From the NCBI GenBank assembly GCA_963662285.2, contig CAXXMV010000008.1, positions 160,001-224,000 of the forward strand: 64,000 nucleotides of DNA, written 5' to 3'. This document shows, one piece after another, positions 21,966 through 31,924 of the stretch. A model generated the notes under the pieces. It had not been told where the DNA came from. It saw only the letters and a list, made by a program, of their open reading frames with translations, and did not search any database. The stretch's first letter is position 1. The number at the start of each line of letters is the position of its first letter. Source of the stretch: a bacterium (lineage in GTDB: Bacteria; Hinthialibacterota; Hinthialibacteria; Hinthialibacterales; Hinthialibacteraceae). Position numbers and translations under genes: made by a program.

Positions 21966-23465
21966 GTGGAGCCTTTACTTTCTATGAAACAAATTTCGAA
22001 AGCGTTCGGGGCGACCCGCGCCTTATCGAATGTTGATTTGGATGTTTATGCCGGTCAGGTGCATATTCTGGTCGGCGAAAATGGCGCCGGCAAAAGCACT
22101 CTGATGAAAATCCTGACCGGCGTACATGCGGCGGATCATGGTGAAATCCAATTCATGGGAAAGCCCTTCACTGCCCGGCATCCCAAAGAAGCCTCAAACG
22201 CTGGCATCGCCATGATCTACCAGGAATTTAATCTGGCGCTGGACTTGCCAGTCTACTCCAATATCTTTCTGGGTCACGAATATAGCAGGGCTGGCGTGGT
22301 GGGTAAAAAACGTCAGATAAACGAGACGCGCAAAATATTCCAACGTCTTGATTCAGATATAAACCCATCGGTTCCTGTACGTCAATTAGGCATCGCCCAG
22401 CGGCAGTTGGTTGAGATTGCCCGTGCGCTTAGCGTTGACGCCAAACTGATCATAATGGACGAACCTACTGCTGCGTTATCTGATAACGAGGCTCAAAAAC
22501 TGTTTGAAACGGTTCTCTCGCTTCGCGACCAGGGCGTTGGCATTATTTATATTTCACACTATCTGGAAGAATTCGACCATATTGGAAATGTGTACACCGT
22601 CCTGCGGGATGGCGAGAAAGTCGGTTACGGCCAGATCGAGGATACCAACTCTGAAGAGCTGATCCAGTTGATGGTGGGGCGTAAGATCGAAGACCTTTAC
22701 CCTCAACATGAAAACAAACCAGGGAAGGTTCTGTTATCTCTCAGCAACCTGCGAAGCCCCAATGGCACCAAGCGGGCTGATATCGAAGTTCGCGCTGGAG
22801 AGATCGTGGGCATCGCGGGTCTGGTTGGCGCAGGCCGCACCGAAATGATGCGCGCCCTGTTTGGTCTTGATCCTCAACAGGTCGATGACCTAAGCGTTCA
22901 GGGAGTCACCATCATCCCCCCCACCCCGCGCAAACTTATCAAGCATCATGTTGGTTTGCTCAGTGAAGACCGGGCTGGCGAGGGATTAGCCCAGAAGATG
23001 ACGATCAGCACTAACATCACTCTTTCCATCCCCGATAAAGTCAGTAAATACGGTATTGTCTCGTTCCGTAAATGCCGCGAATTATCAGATAGATTAATCA
23101 GGGATGTTGGCATCAAAGCCAGTTCTTCAGAACAGAATATAAATCAACTGTCCGGCGGCAACCAGCAAAAAGTGGCCATCGCGCGTCTGCTAGGCGCCGA
23201 GACCATTGTTCCCCTGCTGGACGAACCGACGCGGGGCATCGATGTCGGTTCCAAAGCCGAAATCTATAAGTTAATTGTCGCTCTATCCAAAGAAGGCAAA
23301 GGCGTTGTTATGGTCTCCAGTTACCTGCCGGAACTGTTCGGTATGTGCGACTCGATCTACGTCATGGCGCGGGGACGGTTAAGTAAAAAACATAGTATAA
23401 AAGATATCGACGCAGACAAAGTTATGGCGCTGGCCACCGGAGTTTCGACAGACCACGCAGCGTAA
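21966..23465 (+). CDS. Sugar ABC transporter ATP-binding protein (RbsA-like)
   Basis: GENGAGKSTL, IMDEPT, GLVGAGRTE, LSGGNQQKV, DEPTRGIDVG. Confidence 0.95.
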   Translation: MEPLLSMKQISKAFGATRALSNVDLDVYAGQVHILVGENGAGKSTLMKILTGVHAADHGEIQFMGKPFTARHPKEASNAGIAMIYQEFNLALDLPVYSNIFLGHEYSRAGVVGKKRQINETRKIFQRLDSDINPSVPVRQLGIAQRQLVEIARALSVDAKLIIMDEPTAALSDNEAQKLFETVLSLRDQGVGIIYISHYLEEFDHIGNVYTVLRDGEKVGYGQIEDTNSEELIQLMVGRKIEDLYPQHENKPGKVLLSLSNLRSPNGTKRADIEVRAGEIVGIAGLVGAGRTEMMRALFGLDPQQVDDLSVQGVTIIPPTPRKLIKHHVGLLSEDRAGEGLAQKMTISTNITLSIPDKVSKYGIVSFRKCRELSDRLIRDVGIKASSSEQNINQLSGGNQQKVAIARLLGAETIVPLLDEPTRGIDVGSKAEIYKLIVALSKEGKGVVMVSSYLPELFGMCDSIYVMARGRLSKKHSIKDIDADKVMALATGVSTDHAA

Positions 23466-23474
23466 GAGAATAAC

Positions 23475-23564
23475 ATTCTCCCACCAAGTTTGGGGGGTGT
23501 TAGAGGGGGGTTGCATTCCACCAATCAATCCCCTCCTAACCTCCCCCAGTTTTGGGGGAGGGAT
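23475..23564. repeat. Composite palindromic element (family A, inward pair) inside the ABC operon
   Basis: ATTCTCCCACCAAGTTTGGGGGGTGTTAGAGGGGGGTTG...CCCCTCCTAACCTCCCCCAGTTTTGGGGGAGG, homologous to the 3710 and 19324 copies. Confidence 0.85.
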
Positions 23565-23620
23565 CATACGATTCAGTTTACTGAGCAATTATTTCAAAAA
23601 GCAATGAATGGTGTTCAAAC

Positions 23621-24673
23621 ATGAATAAAAGATTTATAGAGTTATTAGGAAAACTAGGGCCTTTTTTCGCATTAATCATTATTATCATTTTCTTCCGCAA
23701 CAGAGCGGGAGAAATTTTCTTTAGTCCCCGTAATATCAGTAATATAATCCAGCAAACCAGCGTTATAGCTATCGGCGCCGTCGGCATGACCTTTATCATA
23801 GTCAGCGCAGGCATAGACTTATCGGCTGGATCATTGATCGCTTTTTCCGGCGTATGCAGCGCTATTGCCGTTGTAGCGACGGGCAATATTTATATCGCAA
23901 TTCTTGTCGCGGTATCGGTTGGTACGATATGCGGCGTATTGAACGGAGTGGTCATTACTAAAGGTAAACTTCCTCCCTTCATTGTAACTCTGGGAATGCT
24001 GGAGATTCTGCGTGGATCAGCATATCAGATAACCGACGGTCTACCGATCGATACCAACATTCCTGACGCATTCACCAATATCAGTAATGCAGTTTTCACT
24101 ATTCCCATCGGTGGAACTGAATTAATTATTCCTTACCTGTTCCTTATATTGATACCCGTCGCCATTATTGGCGGTTTCATTTTGAAGTACACAGTGTTCG
24201 GCGTTCAGGTCTATGCGGTTGGATCAAACGAACAGACCGCACGGCTGTGCGGCGTTAACGTCGACCGGGTCAAGATAATGGTATACGCCCTGGGCGGCTT
24301 CCTGGTTGGACTGGCGGGAATCTTACAGGCTTCGCGCCTGCGCAGCGGTCAGCCATCAACCGCCGTCGGCCTGGAACTGGACATCATCGCTGCTGTTGTA
24401 GTAGGAGGCGGCAGCCTGATGGGTGGTGAAGGAACCATCATCGGTTCAGTAATCGGCGCATTCATCATCCGCATCCTGCGCAACGGCTGCGTATTGATGG
24501 ACATCTCGCCTTACGTCCAGCGCATCATCATCGGCATCATCATAATCCTGGCCGTATTCGTAGACCAATTGCGCAGGATGTCAAAAGAGGAAAGAAACGA
24601 GATGTTCAGAAGAATATTCTTCATCTTGATTTATCCATACAATATGATATTCAACCGGACTGCTGAGAAATAA
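23621..24673 (+). CDS. Sugar ABC transporter permease (RbsC-like)
   Basis: GMTFIIVSAGIDLSAG, PPFIVTLG, YAVGSNEQTARLCG, ELDIIAAVVVGG. Confidence 0.95.
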   Translation: MNKRFIELLGKLGPFFALIIIIIFFRNRAGEIFFSPRNISNIIQQTSVIAIGAVGMTFIIVSAGIDLSAGSLIAFSGVCSAIAVVATGNIYIAILVAVSVGTICGVLNGVVITKGKLPPFIVTLGMLEILRGSAYQITDGLPIDTNIPDAFTNISNAVFTIPIGGTELIIPYLFLILIPVAIIGGFILKYTVFGVQVYAVGSNEQTARLCGVNVDRVKIMVYALGGFLVGLAGILQASRLRSGQPSTAVGLELDIIAAVVVGGGSLMGGEGTIIGSVIGAFIIRILRNGCVLMDISPYVQRIIIGIIIILAVFVDQLRRMSKEERNEMFRRIFFILIYPYNMIFNRTAEK

Positions 24674-24722
24674 CGAAGTGGATTTTGTAAACCTTATTAC
24701 GTATACATACTTTTAAACAATT

Positions 24723-24758
24723 AAATCCCCTGCCCTACTTCGGGAAGGGGATTTTTTT
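24723..24758 (+). terminator. Intrinsic terminator of the ABC operon
   Basis: AAATCCCCTGCCC-N6-GGGAAGGGGATTT followed by a T run. Confidence 0.75.
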
Positions 24759-24851
24759 GTCTTAGTATGCGTATCGCTTAATTTAGCGATACAGGTGGAA
24801 TGTAGGAGATTAATATTGATGGATCGATAAGGCATAATGTTTCCTATAAAA

Positions 24852-25010
24852 CTACGACTTATTATCCTTTTGTGGTTTTGGAGGTGGAGGTGGTGGTGAA
24901 GGTGGTGGCAAAGGCCTTTCTTTTGGGGTGGGTGGATCGTTTACCCCTTCGTTAATTGCTCTTGTATCATTTGCAGGCGGTGGTGATGAATTGGAATCTT
25001 TTTTAGTCAT
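24852..25010 (-). CDS. 52-aa proline-rich peptide (absent from the ORF track)
   Basis: MTKKDSNSSPPPANDTRAINEGVNDPPTPKERPLPPPSPPPPPPKPQKDNKS. AGGAG lies 7 nt upstream, and the ATG is 1 nt after the native stop of the DUF6338-like gene. Confidence 0.7.
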   Translation of the reverse strand: MTKKDSNSSPPPANDTRAINEGVNDPPTPKERPLPPPSPPPPPPKPQKDNKS

Positions 25011-25011
25011 T

Positions 25012-25052
25012 TTATTGCTCCTGTGTTTTCTCTAAAAACTCTACCCATTTAA
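25012..25052 (-). pseudogene. Detached 3' end of the DUF6338-like gene
   Basis: Removing the IS and one TSD copy gives ...VDSKD-IKWVEFLEKTQEQ-TAA in frame. Confidence 0.85.
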
Positions 25053-25060
25053 TATCTTTT

Positions 25061-26451
25061 GGTTCTATAAAGAAATCTGTGGGTGAATGATAGCAAAAAT
25101 ACTTCGAATAGTAGAGGTATAAAAAAGACATCCGGTCTCTTATCCTGAAAGAATGAAATCAGCGAAAAATCATCAACCAGGAGGAAACCGGATGGATGTC
25201 ATTAGAATCCTCAATCGTGTTCATAAAATCAAGGGGTATGTATATGCTTCTAGCAAATTTGGTGAATGGAATGGTAAAACATCCATAGAGGTAAAAGTCC
25301 GTGCTCATGTCAAAAGCCGCCCGATATGTTCATGCTGCGGAGAAAAAGGATCAGGTTATGACAGATTAGATGCGCGCCGATTTGAGTTTATCCCGATATG
25401 GGGATTAACCGTATTCCTGATCTATGCCATGCGCCGCGTGAATTGTCACCGCTGTGGAGTGAAAGTTGAAAAGGTACCTTGGGCCGATGGTAAACATGAA
25501 TTAACGCATATCTATCAATGGTTCTTGGCGAGCTGGGCCAAGCGGATGAGTTGGAGCCAAGTGGCGGAAGCATTTCAAACAAGTTGGTACAATGTTTTTC
25601 ATTCGGTTGAACGGGCGGTAGAATGGGGCCGCCAGCATGTGAACCTGGAAGGAATCACCGCCATTGGAATCGATGAAATGCAATGGGGCGGCGGCCATCA
25701 GTATGTGACAGTGGTATATCAAATCAATGAGAATTGCAAACGGCTGCTGTGGATCGGGGAAAAAAGAAAGATCAAAACACTGTTGAAATTCTTCAGATGG
25801 TTCGGGGAAGAGCGTTCAAAAAAATTGGAATTTGTGTGCAGTGATATGTGGAAAGCTTATCTCAAAGTCATTCGCAAAAAAGCCAAAAGCGCGCTGAATG
25901 TATTGGATCGGTTTCACATCATGGCTCATATGAACAAAGCCATAGATCAAGTCCGCGCTGGAGAATCCCGTGAATTGAAGGCCAAGGGATTAGAACCGGT
26001 ATTAAAAGGAAGTCGCTGGTGGTTTCTGAAACGCCCGGATAATTTGACAGTCAAGCAGGTCGATAAATTAGCCAACGTGGTTCGATATAATCTGCGCACG
26101 GTGAGAAGTTATCTTCTCAAAGAGGAATTTCAATTTTTCTGGGAATATAAATCAGCATGGTGGGCTGGACGCTTCATGGATCAGTGGTGTACTAAAACCA
26201 TGCGCTCGCGAATCGAACCAATGAAGAAAGTGGCCAAGATGCTGCGCAACCATCGCGAACTGATTTTGAACTGGTTTCGGGCGAAAAAGGAGTTTTCTTC
26301 TGGAGTGGTGGAAGGCTTAAACAACAAGGCCAAAGTGACTACCAAAATGGCGTACGGTTTTCGAACCTACAAAGCGCTGGAAATCGCCTTATATCATACA
26401 CTTGGCGATTTACCAGAACCAAATTTCACCCACAGATTTTTTTGAAGAGGC
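25061..26451 (+). mobile_element. ISL3 family insertion sequence, 1391 bp
   Basis: Terminal inverted repeats GGTTCTATAAAGAAATCTGTGGGTGAA and GCCTCTTCAAAAAAATCTGTGGGTGAA (22/27). 8-bp TSD TATCTTTT at 25053-25060 and 26452-26459. Confidence 0.95.
25192..26445 (+). CDS. ISL3 family transposase
   Basis: Zinc finger (CSCCG, CHRCG), IGIDEM, CSDMWKAY, LDRFH, SGVVEGLNNK, AYGFR. AGGAGG precedes ATG 25192. Confidence 0.95.
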   Translation: MDVIRILNRVHKIKGYVYASSKFGEWNGKTSIEVKVRAHVKSRPICSCCGEKGSGYDRLDARRFEFIPIWGLTVFLIYAMRRVNCHRCGVKVEKVPWADGKHELTHIYQWFLASWAKRMSWSQVAEAFQTSWYNVFHSVERAVEWGRQHVNLEGITAIGIDEMQWGGGHQYVTVVYQINENCKRLLWIGEKRKIKTLLKFFRWFGEERSKKLEFVCSDMWKAYLKVIRKKAKSALNVLDRFHIMAHMNKAIDQVRAGESRELKAKGLEPVLKGSRWWFLKRPDNLTVKQVDKLANVVRYNLRTVRSYLLKEEFQFFWEYKSAWWAGRFMDQWCTKTMRSRIEPMKKVAKMLRNHRELILNWFRAKKEFSSGVVEGLNNKAKVTTKMAYGFRTYKALEIALYHTLGDLPEPNFTHRFF

Positions 26452-27037
26452 TATCTTTTGAATCAACTAAAATTCGATTTACTCCAGTGATACGTTTCTC
26501 ACTAGTTTTTTTTTCCCCATCTTCTTCAATCTCATCTACTAACCAAGCAGGATCTTCGATCAGAAAATGCCCTTTTGCTGGTTCTGATGGCCATTCTATA
26601 GGCCAACCATATAGCCGTCTATCATCTTTAAAATGTAATACAACAAAAGTTGCGTTTCTAAAAAAACCGCCAAACCATTCAGAAGAGAATGATGTTTCCC
26701 TCGTAATCCCTGCTTGTCTAAATAATGCGTGTAATTTATCGTTATTAGCAAAGTAGGAAAATATAATGCCTAAGAATATAGCGCTAACAACGGAGCATAT
26801 TAATCTCGATGAGTCATTCCACTCCGAGATCACACAAAAGGTACCAATACACATTAGAAAATTTTTCAAAAAAATGACAAGAACTTCGACAAATATAGTA
26901 AAAATTAATGCTTGAACTACTCTCTCAAATTGCGCGGGCCTTGGATATGACGTAAAACTATAGAAAATCCATGCCGCTACAAATCCGGGCATTAAATATT
27001 GAAGAATCGATACCATCTCTTCCATGAAATGTTCCAT
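26452..27037 (-). pseudogene. DUF6338-like membrane protein, C-terminally interrupted by ISL3
   Basis: YLMPGFVAAWIF, QFERVVQALIF, three TM helices, SEWFG, VVLHFKDDRRLYGWP.EWPS. The current ORF ends with 8 IS-derived residues (SLFKKICG). Family name is from recall. Confidence 0.75.
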
Positions 27038-27187
27038 ACCATTATTTAGATATTAATAGTCTTTTTTCGACCAACTGTTGTTAAAAAGAACTACTGCCTT
27101 GAAAACTACAAATAAACAATAACGCATTCCACAAACTTAGTCTAGGGAACTCAATAACTTTTCAATCTGAATATCAAGATGGGAGGA

Positions 27188-27226
27188 TGCCAAGAGCAAG
27201 ACCGCAATGCGGTCTTGCTCTTGGCA
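27188..27226. repeat. Perfect 19-bp inverted repeat (TGCCAAGAGC family)
   Basis: TGCCAAGAGCAAGACCGCA-A-TGCGGTCTTGCTCTTGGCA. Related copies at 33524-33563 and 53687-53721. Confidence 0.75.
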
Positions 27227-27282
27227 CTATCACTTATGTTTTTGGATATACTACAGACCTCAGATATCCTTCCCTTGTGGTT

Positions 27283-30200
27283 TTACTGCGGGATCAGGGG
27301 TAAACGAATCAAATCATCTGGGTTGAAATTCTCCGTCTGTTTTGGATAATCAGCGGGATTAAAATCCACCGCCTGATAGCCGGGAACGAGAATGCGTACG
27401 TTAGAGACTTCCGGGTGAATGGATACGGGAACAAAATTGTAAATATCTCTTTCAGGATTGCTGCGGATACGGGCCTGGAATGAAACTGGTTCTGAAAAAC
27501 CGGTCAATTCGAGAAGTGCGAGTCCATCCAAGGTTTGGTTATCGGGCGCAACCAGCATCACCCCATATTTATCCGGTGCATACAGATTGAGCATGAGTTG
27601 CGGTTGTTCACCCGGGCGAATAGTGAGCCGTTGCGGCAGCGTTTCCATCATTTTAGAGAAGCAATAGGCGGTAACTCGAATTTCCAATTCTCCTTCTTGC
27701 ATACCATAGACTTTATAGTATCCCTCTTCGATTTGGGTAGAAGGTAATATCTGGGGATTATATTCCTGGCTTTCGGCAACGACATTAATCCAACTGCTGA
27801 CTGCCGGTTTTTCTTCTAAAAAGAGACGAAGGTATATGGCCATATCGTCTTTTTTCAAGTAGACCTTCACTATTATTGGTTGCATCGTCTCCCCGGAATT
27901 GAAGGGGGGAACCGTAATCTCAAATTCTTTGGCTTGATACCCGTCCTTGATCGCCGCTAAAGTGAACGAGCCGGATTCCATGGGGAGCAGAGTGAATGAG
28001 CCATCCGATTTTGTCTGCGTTTCAAGATTCCTTACTCCTTGGGGATTAGTTTCGTTGATTTTCAAGCGGGGTTCAATTTTCGCTTCGGCGATGGGTTCAT
28101 TGGTCTCTTCATCGAGAACCACGCCTTGAATTTCCAACGATGCGATGTGAAGGTCGACTGTGTATTCCGATTGATCTTCGGTAACCAGCACTTTCGCTGA
28201 ATACTCACAATTTCCTTCATAGAGGGGTTGATCGGGCTGAGTGGTTTCGCTGGACTCGGTGGTAACCATGATGGTGTATTCTCCCGCTTCGAGCGATGGG
28301 AATGAGTAGGCGCCTTGTCGGTCAGATACGGCTTTAAGTGAGTAGCCGATTTGGTTTTGACTTGTCCTTCGCATGGATAGAGCCACTTGGGCGTTGGGAG
28401 AGATTTGTCCCCGTTTGTAGACCGTTCCACGAATGACCGCACCCTCGCCGCCGCCGAAATCGCAACGCGTAATCTTGCCTTCTTCAACAAGAACGGTTTT
28501 GTATTGCTGGCTTTTGTAATCGTCATTGGGTCCGTAATTAAGTACCATGTACGAAGCGGGCGCAAGATGTTCGAAACGGTACTCTCCCTCTTCATCGCTG
28601 AGGGTTTTATATTTGAATTGATTTTCCGGCCAGTTTTGAATATTGAGGGCTACATTGGCTTCTTTCTTCCCAGCCAATCCATAAGTAGTTCCAGCGATGC
28701 CGCCTCCCAATGTCATACGAATCGTGAAAGGAGATTGCGCGATCATGGATGTATCAATCGCAAATAACGTAGGCGCGAAATCGTTGTGTTGAACGACCAG
28801 AGTGTCTCCTTGAGATGGAAAATTATCTATTTGAAATTGTCCTTCACCATCGCTGATTGCATCTTGTGGGTAATTCGGCTTGGAAAAAGGATGCCCATAG
28901 GAATTTTTTGGGATATCGGGTACATTGGATAGAATACTCAAGATTGCGTTGGCGATAGGTTGTCCTTGTGGATCAACGATCACGCCGGAAATTTCAATCC
29001 CTTTCTCCATGCGGATGATGATTGTATCAACTTTTTGCCCTTCACGCACGCTGATGGTTTCGCTATCGGCTTCCGGGAATCCTTTCATTTTGGCGTGGAA
29101 TTGGTAATCCATCGGATCGAGTTTGCTGAACGTGAACGCACCATCGTCATCGGTGGTTGTTGCTCTGTGGGTTTCATGATATGGTCTGCCGCTATACATT
29201 CTGACTGGATAAACCTGTGCGCCAGCCAGGGGTTGGTCGTTGTCGTCCAACACGATCCCGGTGATTTGACCACCTTTTTTCATAGCGAGGGTGTAATACG
29301 ATTCTCCAAACGGACGCTTCTGATTGGTTTGGAGATATTCCTCTTTACCAGAAATGTGGAATTGTATTTGATCTCCCTTTTTCACGAATCCCTTAATAAG
29401 AAATTCTCCATTAGCGTCGGTTTTTGCATACATCGAATCATTATGGTAAGATTCCGTATCGCTCAAGGGAAAGGCGCTAACTGACGCGCCCTCTAACGGT
29501 TCCGATGTTTCCTTGTCGATCACTTTTCCTTTAATCTCATAGGTCTCACCATTATTCATAATGAAATCAACGCCGGTTCGGTGTTCTCCCGCTTTTAATT
29601 CCAGGGTTTGAGACTGGATAGGATTAACCGGGTAATGATGGCTGCGGGTCAGGGAGATTCGATAGGAACCGGGCGCCAGCGTATCGAGGGAATAGTCGCC
29701 GTTTTGATCCGGTTCAACGCGGAGGTTAGTGGGATACTTCCATCCGGGGATATCCTGCAATTCGGCGTCGACTTCCTTATCGGGAACGGTATTACCTCCG
29801 CTATCCAGCACCTTGCCGGAAACAGAGGCATACGTTTGCAAAGCGATTTCCACGCGAATGGGCTGGGTGGGCATTCCAGGCGTGAATGCCTTGCTGAATC
29901 CCCGTCCTTCGGTGGGATGGGAAGCTTCCGCATACAAAGTGCGCTTGGGAAGGTTAGTATTTGTCGATGTTCCATTGCGATTGGTCGTGCAATTGCCGAT
30001 AGTATCCCATTCACTTTCATCGCCGGTTATTTGGATTTCAGCTTTTTCAACAGGTTGCCCCATAGGGTTTACGACGTAAAATTCCGCCGCTGATCCCGGC
30101 TGCATCTCAATGAGATATTCATTATCCCTGGAGCCTTTTGGAACATCTATTTGGAGTAAGGGGCTGTTTGGGATTTTATAAGCGAGGAATTGAACATATC

Positions 30201-30915
30201 CTTCCGCACTGGCCATCAAACTGTAATTTCCTTGCGTTAAACGCGTGATTTTAAATGAACCGTCTTCTTTGGAAATCGCTTTTTCTGTATGTTGGGGCGG
30301 CTTCTTTTTAAAGGCGCTGTGACACATGGCGGTGATTTCCGCTCCCTCAATGGGAGATTTGGTCTGCGCGTTGATAACTTTTCCTTGGATGTAATGGGGG
30401 GCTGGGGGGTGAGCAAAATGTTGAGCCAGCGTTGGTTGGCTTTGCGTCAAGGAAAACTCTTCGCCTAATGAAAGATATCCCTCCGGGGGTAAGGAATGGA
30501 TAAAGCCCTTAACTGGTCCGTCCAGATGGATTGTATAATAACCTTTTTCATCGACGCCGACCTTTTTTTCATTTTTCGATGCGGAGGAGTGTTTGTATTT
30601 TTGTTCAACAAAAACCGTAATAATGCTTCCAGGCAGGGCTTTTCCTTCTTCGGCGGTTACATATCCCGCGATCCAATATTCTTCCTGGGTAGCGGCTTGA
30701 GTTATAGGAGATGCAGAGGTTGAAAGAGTGGGTTCCACGGGAATTGGCTTGGGCGCTATGGTTGCAGCTGATTTAGGTGGTTCGGGAGGAGGAGTGTTAA
30801 GGACGGCCTGGTTTTGGGGAGATTCGAGCGTTTTTCCCCCCATGAATGTAACGCTAATCATGAAGACTAGAAAGAGTACAAAAAATGCGCCGCCTATTAT
30901 ATATCCTCGATTCAT
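27283..30915 (-). CDS. Large membrane-anchored carboxypeptidase-regulatory-like repeat protein
   Basis: N-terminal TM helix and Pro-rich linker, then about 10 repeats of the I.G.V.D..G.P+.GA.V...TD.DG.F pattern. RBS AAGGGGAG. Confidence 0.88.
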   Translation of the reverse strand: MNRGYIIGGAFFVLFLVFMISVTFMGGKTLESPQNQAVLNTPPPEPPKSAATIAPKPIPVEPTLSTSASPITQAATQEEYWIAGYVTAEEGKALPGSIITVFVEQKYKHSSASKNEKKVGVDEKGYYTIHLDGPVKGFIHSLPPEGYLSLGEEFSLTQSQPTLAQHFAHPPAPHYIQGKVINAQTKSPIEGAEITAMCHSAFKKKPPQHTEKAISKEDGSFKITRLTQGNYSLMASAEGYVQFLAYKIPNSPLLQIDVPKGSRDNEYLIEMQPGSAAEFYVVNPMGQPVEKAEIQITGDESEWDTIGNCTTNRNGTSTNTNLPKRTLYAEASHPTEGRGFSKAFTPGMPTQPIRVEIALQTYASVSGKVLDSGGNTVPDKEVDAELQDIPGWKYPTNLRVEPDQNGDYSLDTLAPGSYRISLTRSHHYPVNPIQSQTLELKAGEHRTGVDFIMNNGETYEIKGKVIDKETSEPLEGASVSAFPLSDTESYHNDSMYAKTDANGEFLIKGFVKKGDQIQFHISGKEEYLQTNQKRPFGESYYTLAMKKGGQITGIVLDDNDQPLAGAQVYPVRMYSGRPYHETHRATTTDDDGAFTFSKLDPMDYQFHAKMKGFPEADSETISVREGQKVDTIIIRMEKGIEISGVIVDPQGQPIANAILSILSNVPDIPKNSYGHPFSKPNYPQDAISDGEGQFQIDNFPSQGDTLVVQHNDFAPTLFAIDTSMIAQSPFTIRMTLGGGIAGTTYGLAGKKEANVALNIQNWPENQFKYKTLSDEEGEYRFEHLAPASYMVLNYGPNDDYKSQQYKTVLVEEGKITRCDFGGGEGAVIRGTVYKRGQISPNAQVALSMRRTSQNQIGYSLKAVSDRQGAYSFPSLEAGEYTIMVTTESSETTQPDQPLYEGNCEYSAKVLVTEDQSEYTVDLHIASLEIQGVVLDEETNEPIAEAKIEPRLKINETNPQGVRNLETQTKSDGSFTLLPMESGSFTLAAIKDGYQAKEFEITVPPFNSGETMQPIIVKVYLKKDDMAIYLRLFLEEKPAVSSWINVVAESQEYNPQILPSTQIEEGYYKVYGMQEGELEIRVTAYCFSKMMETLPQRLTIRPGEQPQLMLNLYAPDKYGVMLVAPDNQTLDGLALLELTGFSEPVSFQARIRSNPERDIYNFVPVSIHPEVSNVRILVPGYQAVDFNPADYPKQTENFNPDDLIRLPLIPQ

Positions 30916-31126
30916 GATTTCTCCCTTTTAAGAAAAAGTAAATATTGAATGGATCGCCGAGTTATTGGTTTATCCAACTAAATTGATAACGCGAGAAATC
31001 ACAAAAATGTTTCAGAATATGACAATTTCAGAATTAATTTTAAAGATAATATCTTTTTTAATATCATCAAAAAAATCTATAGGTAAATTTTGGTTTGGGC
31101 AAATCGCCAAGGATTAAGATACAATT

Positions 31127-31795
31127 CTATTTCCCGCGTTCGGAACCAGAATTCTTGTGATATTTCTGTAAAAACTCCTCTGCCACCTTCCGCGTTTTGG
31201 GACTTTTGCAATCGCATTGCTTTTCAACGAAGGTTAAAATTTTCTTTTTCTCTTTACATTCGTCATATATTTGGTCGAAAGATTGGATGATATCAGCCTT
31301 GATCAAATCAATGCGCTCAGGATCACGGTCGGTTTGGTCAATTTCAAGGAGGATTTTGATGATTTTATTTTGCAGTTTGTTTTTGCTTTTCATAATTTTC
31401 CCTGCGTTACGCGCTACGAAAACCGCAGGGATCAGCTTTACATCATTTAAGTAACTGAAATATTTGTCGAAAATCTTCTCGAATTTTTTCTGGGGATCGT
31501 TCTGAGATAGATTTGCGATTAAATTAAGAGCACAGCAGCGATGAAAGGAATTTTTACTATCAAGTAGTGAAATAAAATAATCCCATTCGGGATAAATAAT
31601 TGAGGGTTGATCTTCACTAATCTGTAAAAGAACTTTTTCACAATTAAAGCGTACAGTTTCCGTTTTAACTTTTAGACCTTCAAGGAGTTTTTCTAATACG
31701 CTCTTATCTGATAACGCAAGCGCAGTGACTTCGTCAATGTCAAAATTATCTTTACAATTCAATAACTCATTTAGATTCTTGCATTTCTTAATCAT
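31127..31795 (-). CDS. HEAT/ARM-repeat-like hypothetical protein
   Basis: Helical repeats (LEKLLEGL..VRFNCEKVL, FISLLDSKN, DCKSPKTRKVA). RBS GGAGG. Confidence 0.7.
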   Translation of the reverse strand: MIKKCKNLNELLNCKDNFDIDEVTALALSDKSVLEKLLEGLKVKTETVRFNCEKVLLQISEDQPSIIYPEWDYFISLLDSKNSFHRCCALNLIANLSQNDPQKKFEKIFDKYFSYLNDVKLIPAVFVARNAGKIMKSKNKLQNKIIKILLEIDQTDRDPERIDLIKADIIQSFDQIYDECKEKKKILTFVEKQCDCKSPKTRKVAEEFLQKYHKNSGSERGK

Positions 31796-31924
31796 GGATC
31801 ACCTCCACAAGTATTCCATATATCTGAGTTTTACCATTAACAATATTAAATGATATATACGTGAGCGCCTACGGATATTTTCAATTTCCCAGGATGTAAT
31901 AAGCAAGATATTGGATAGAATAAT

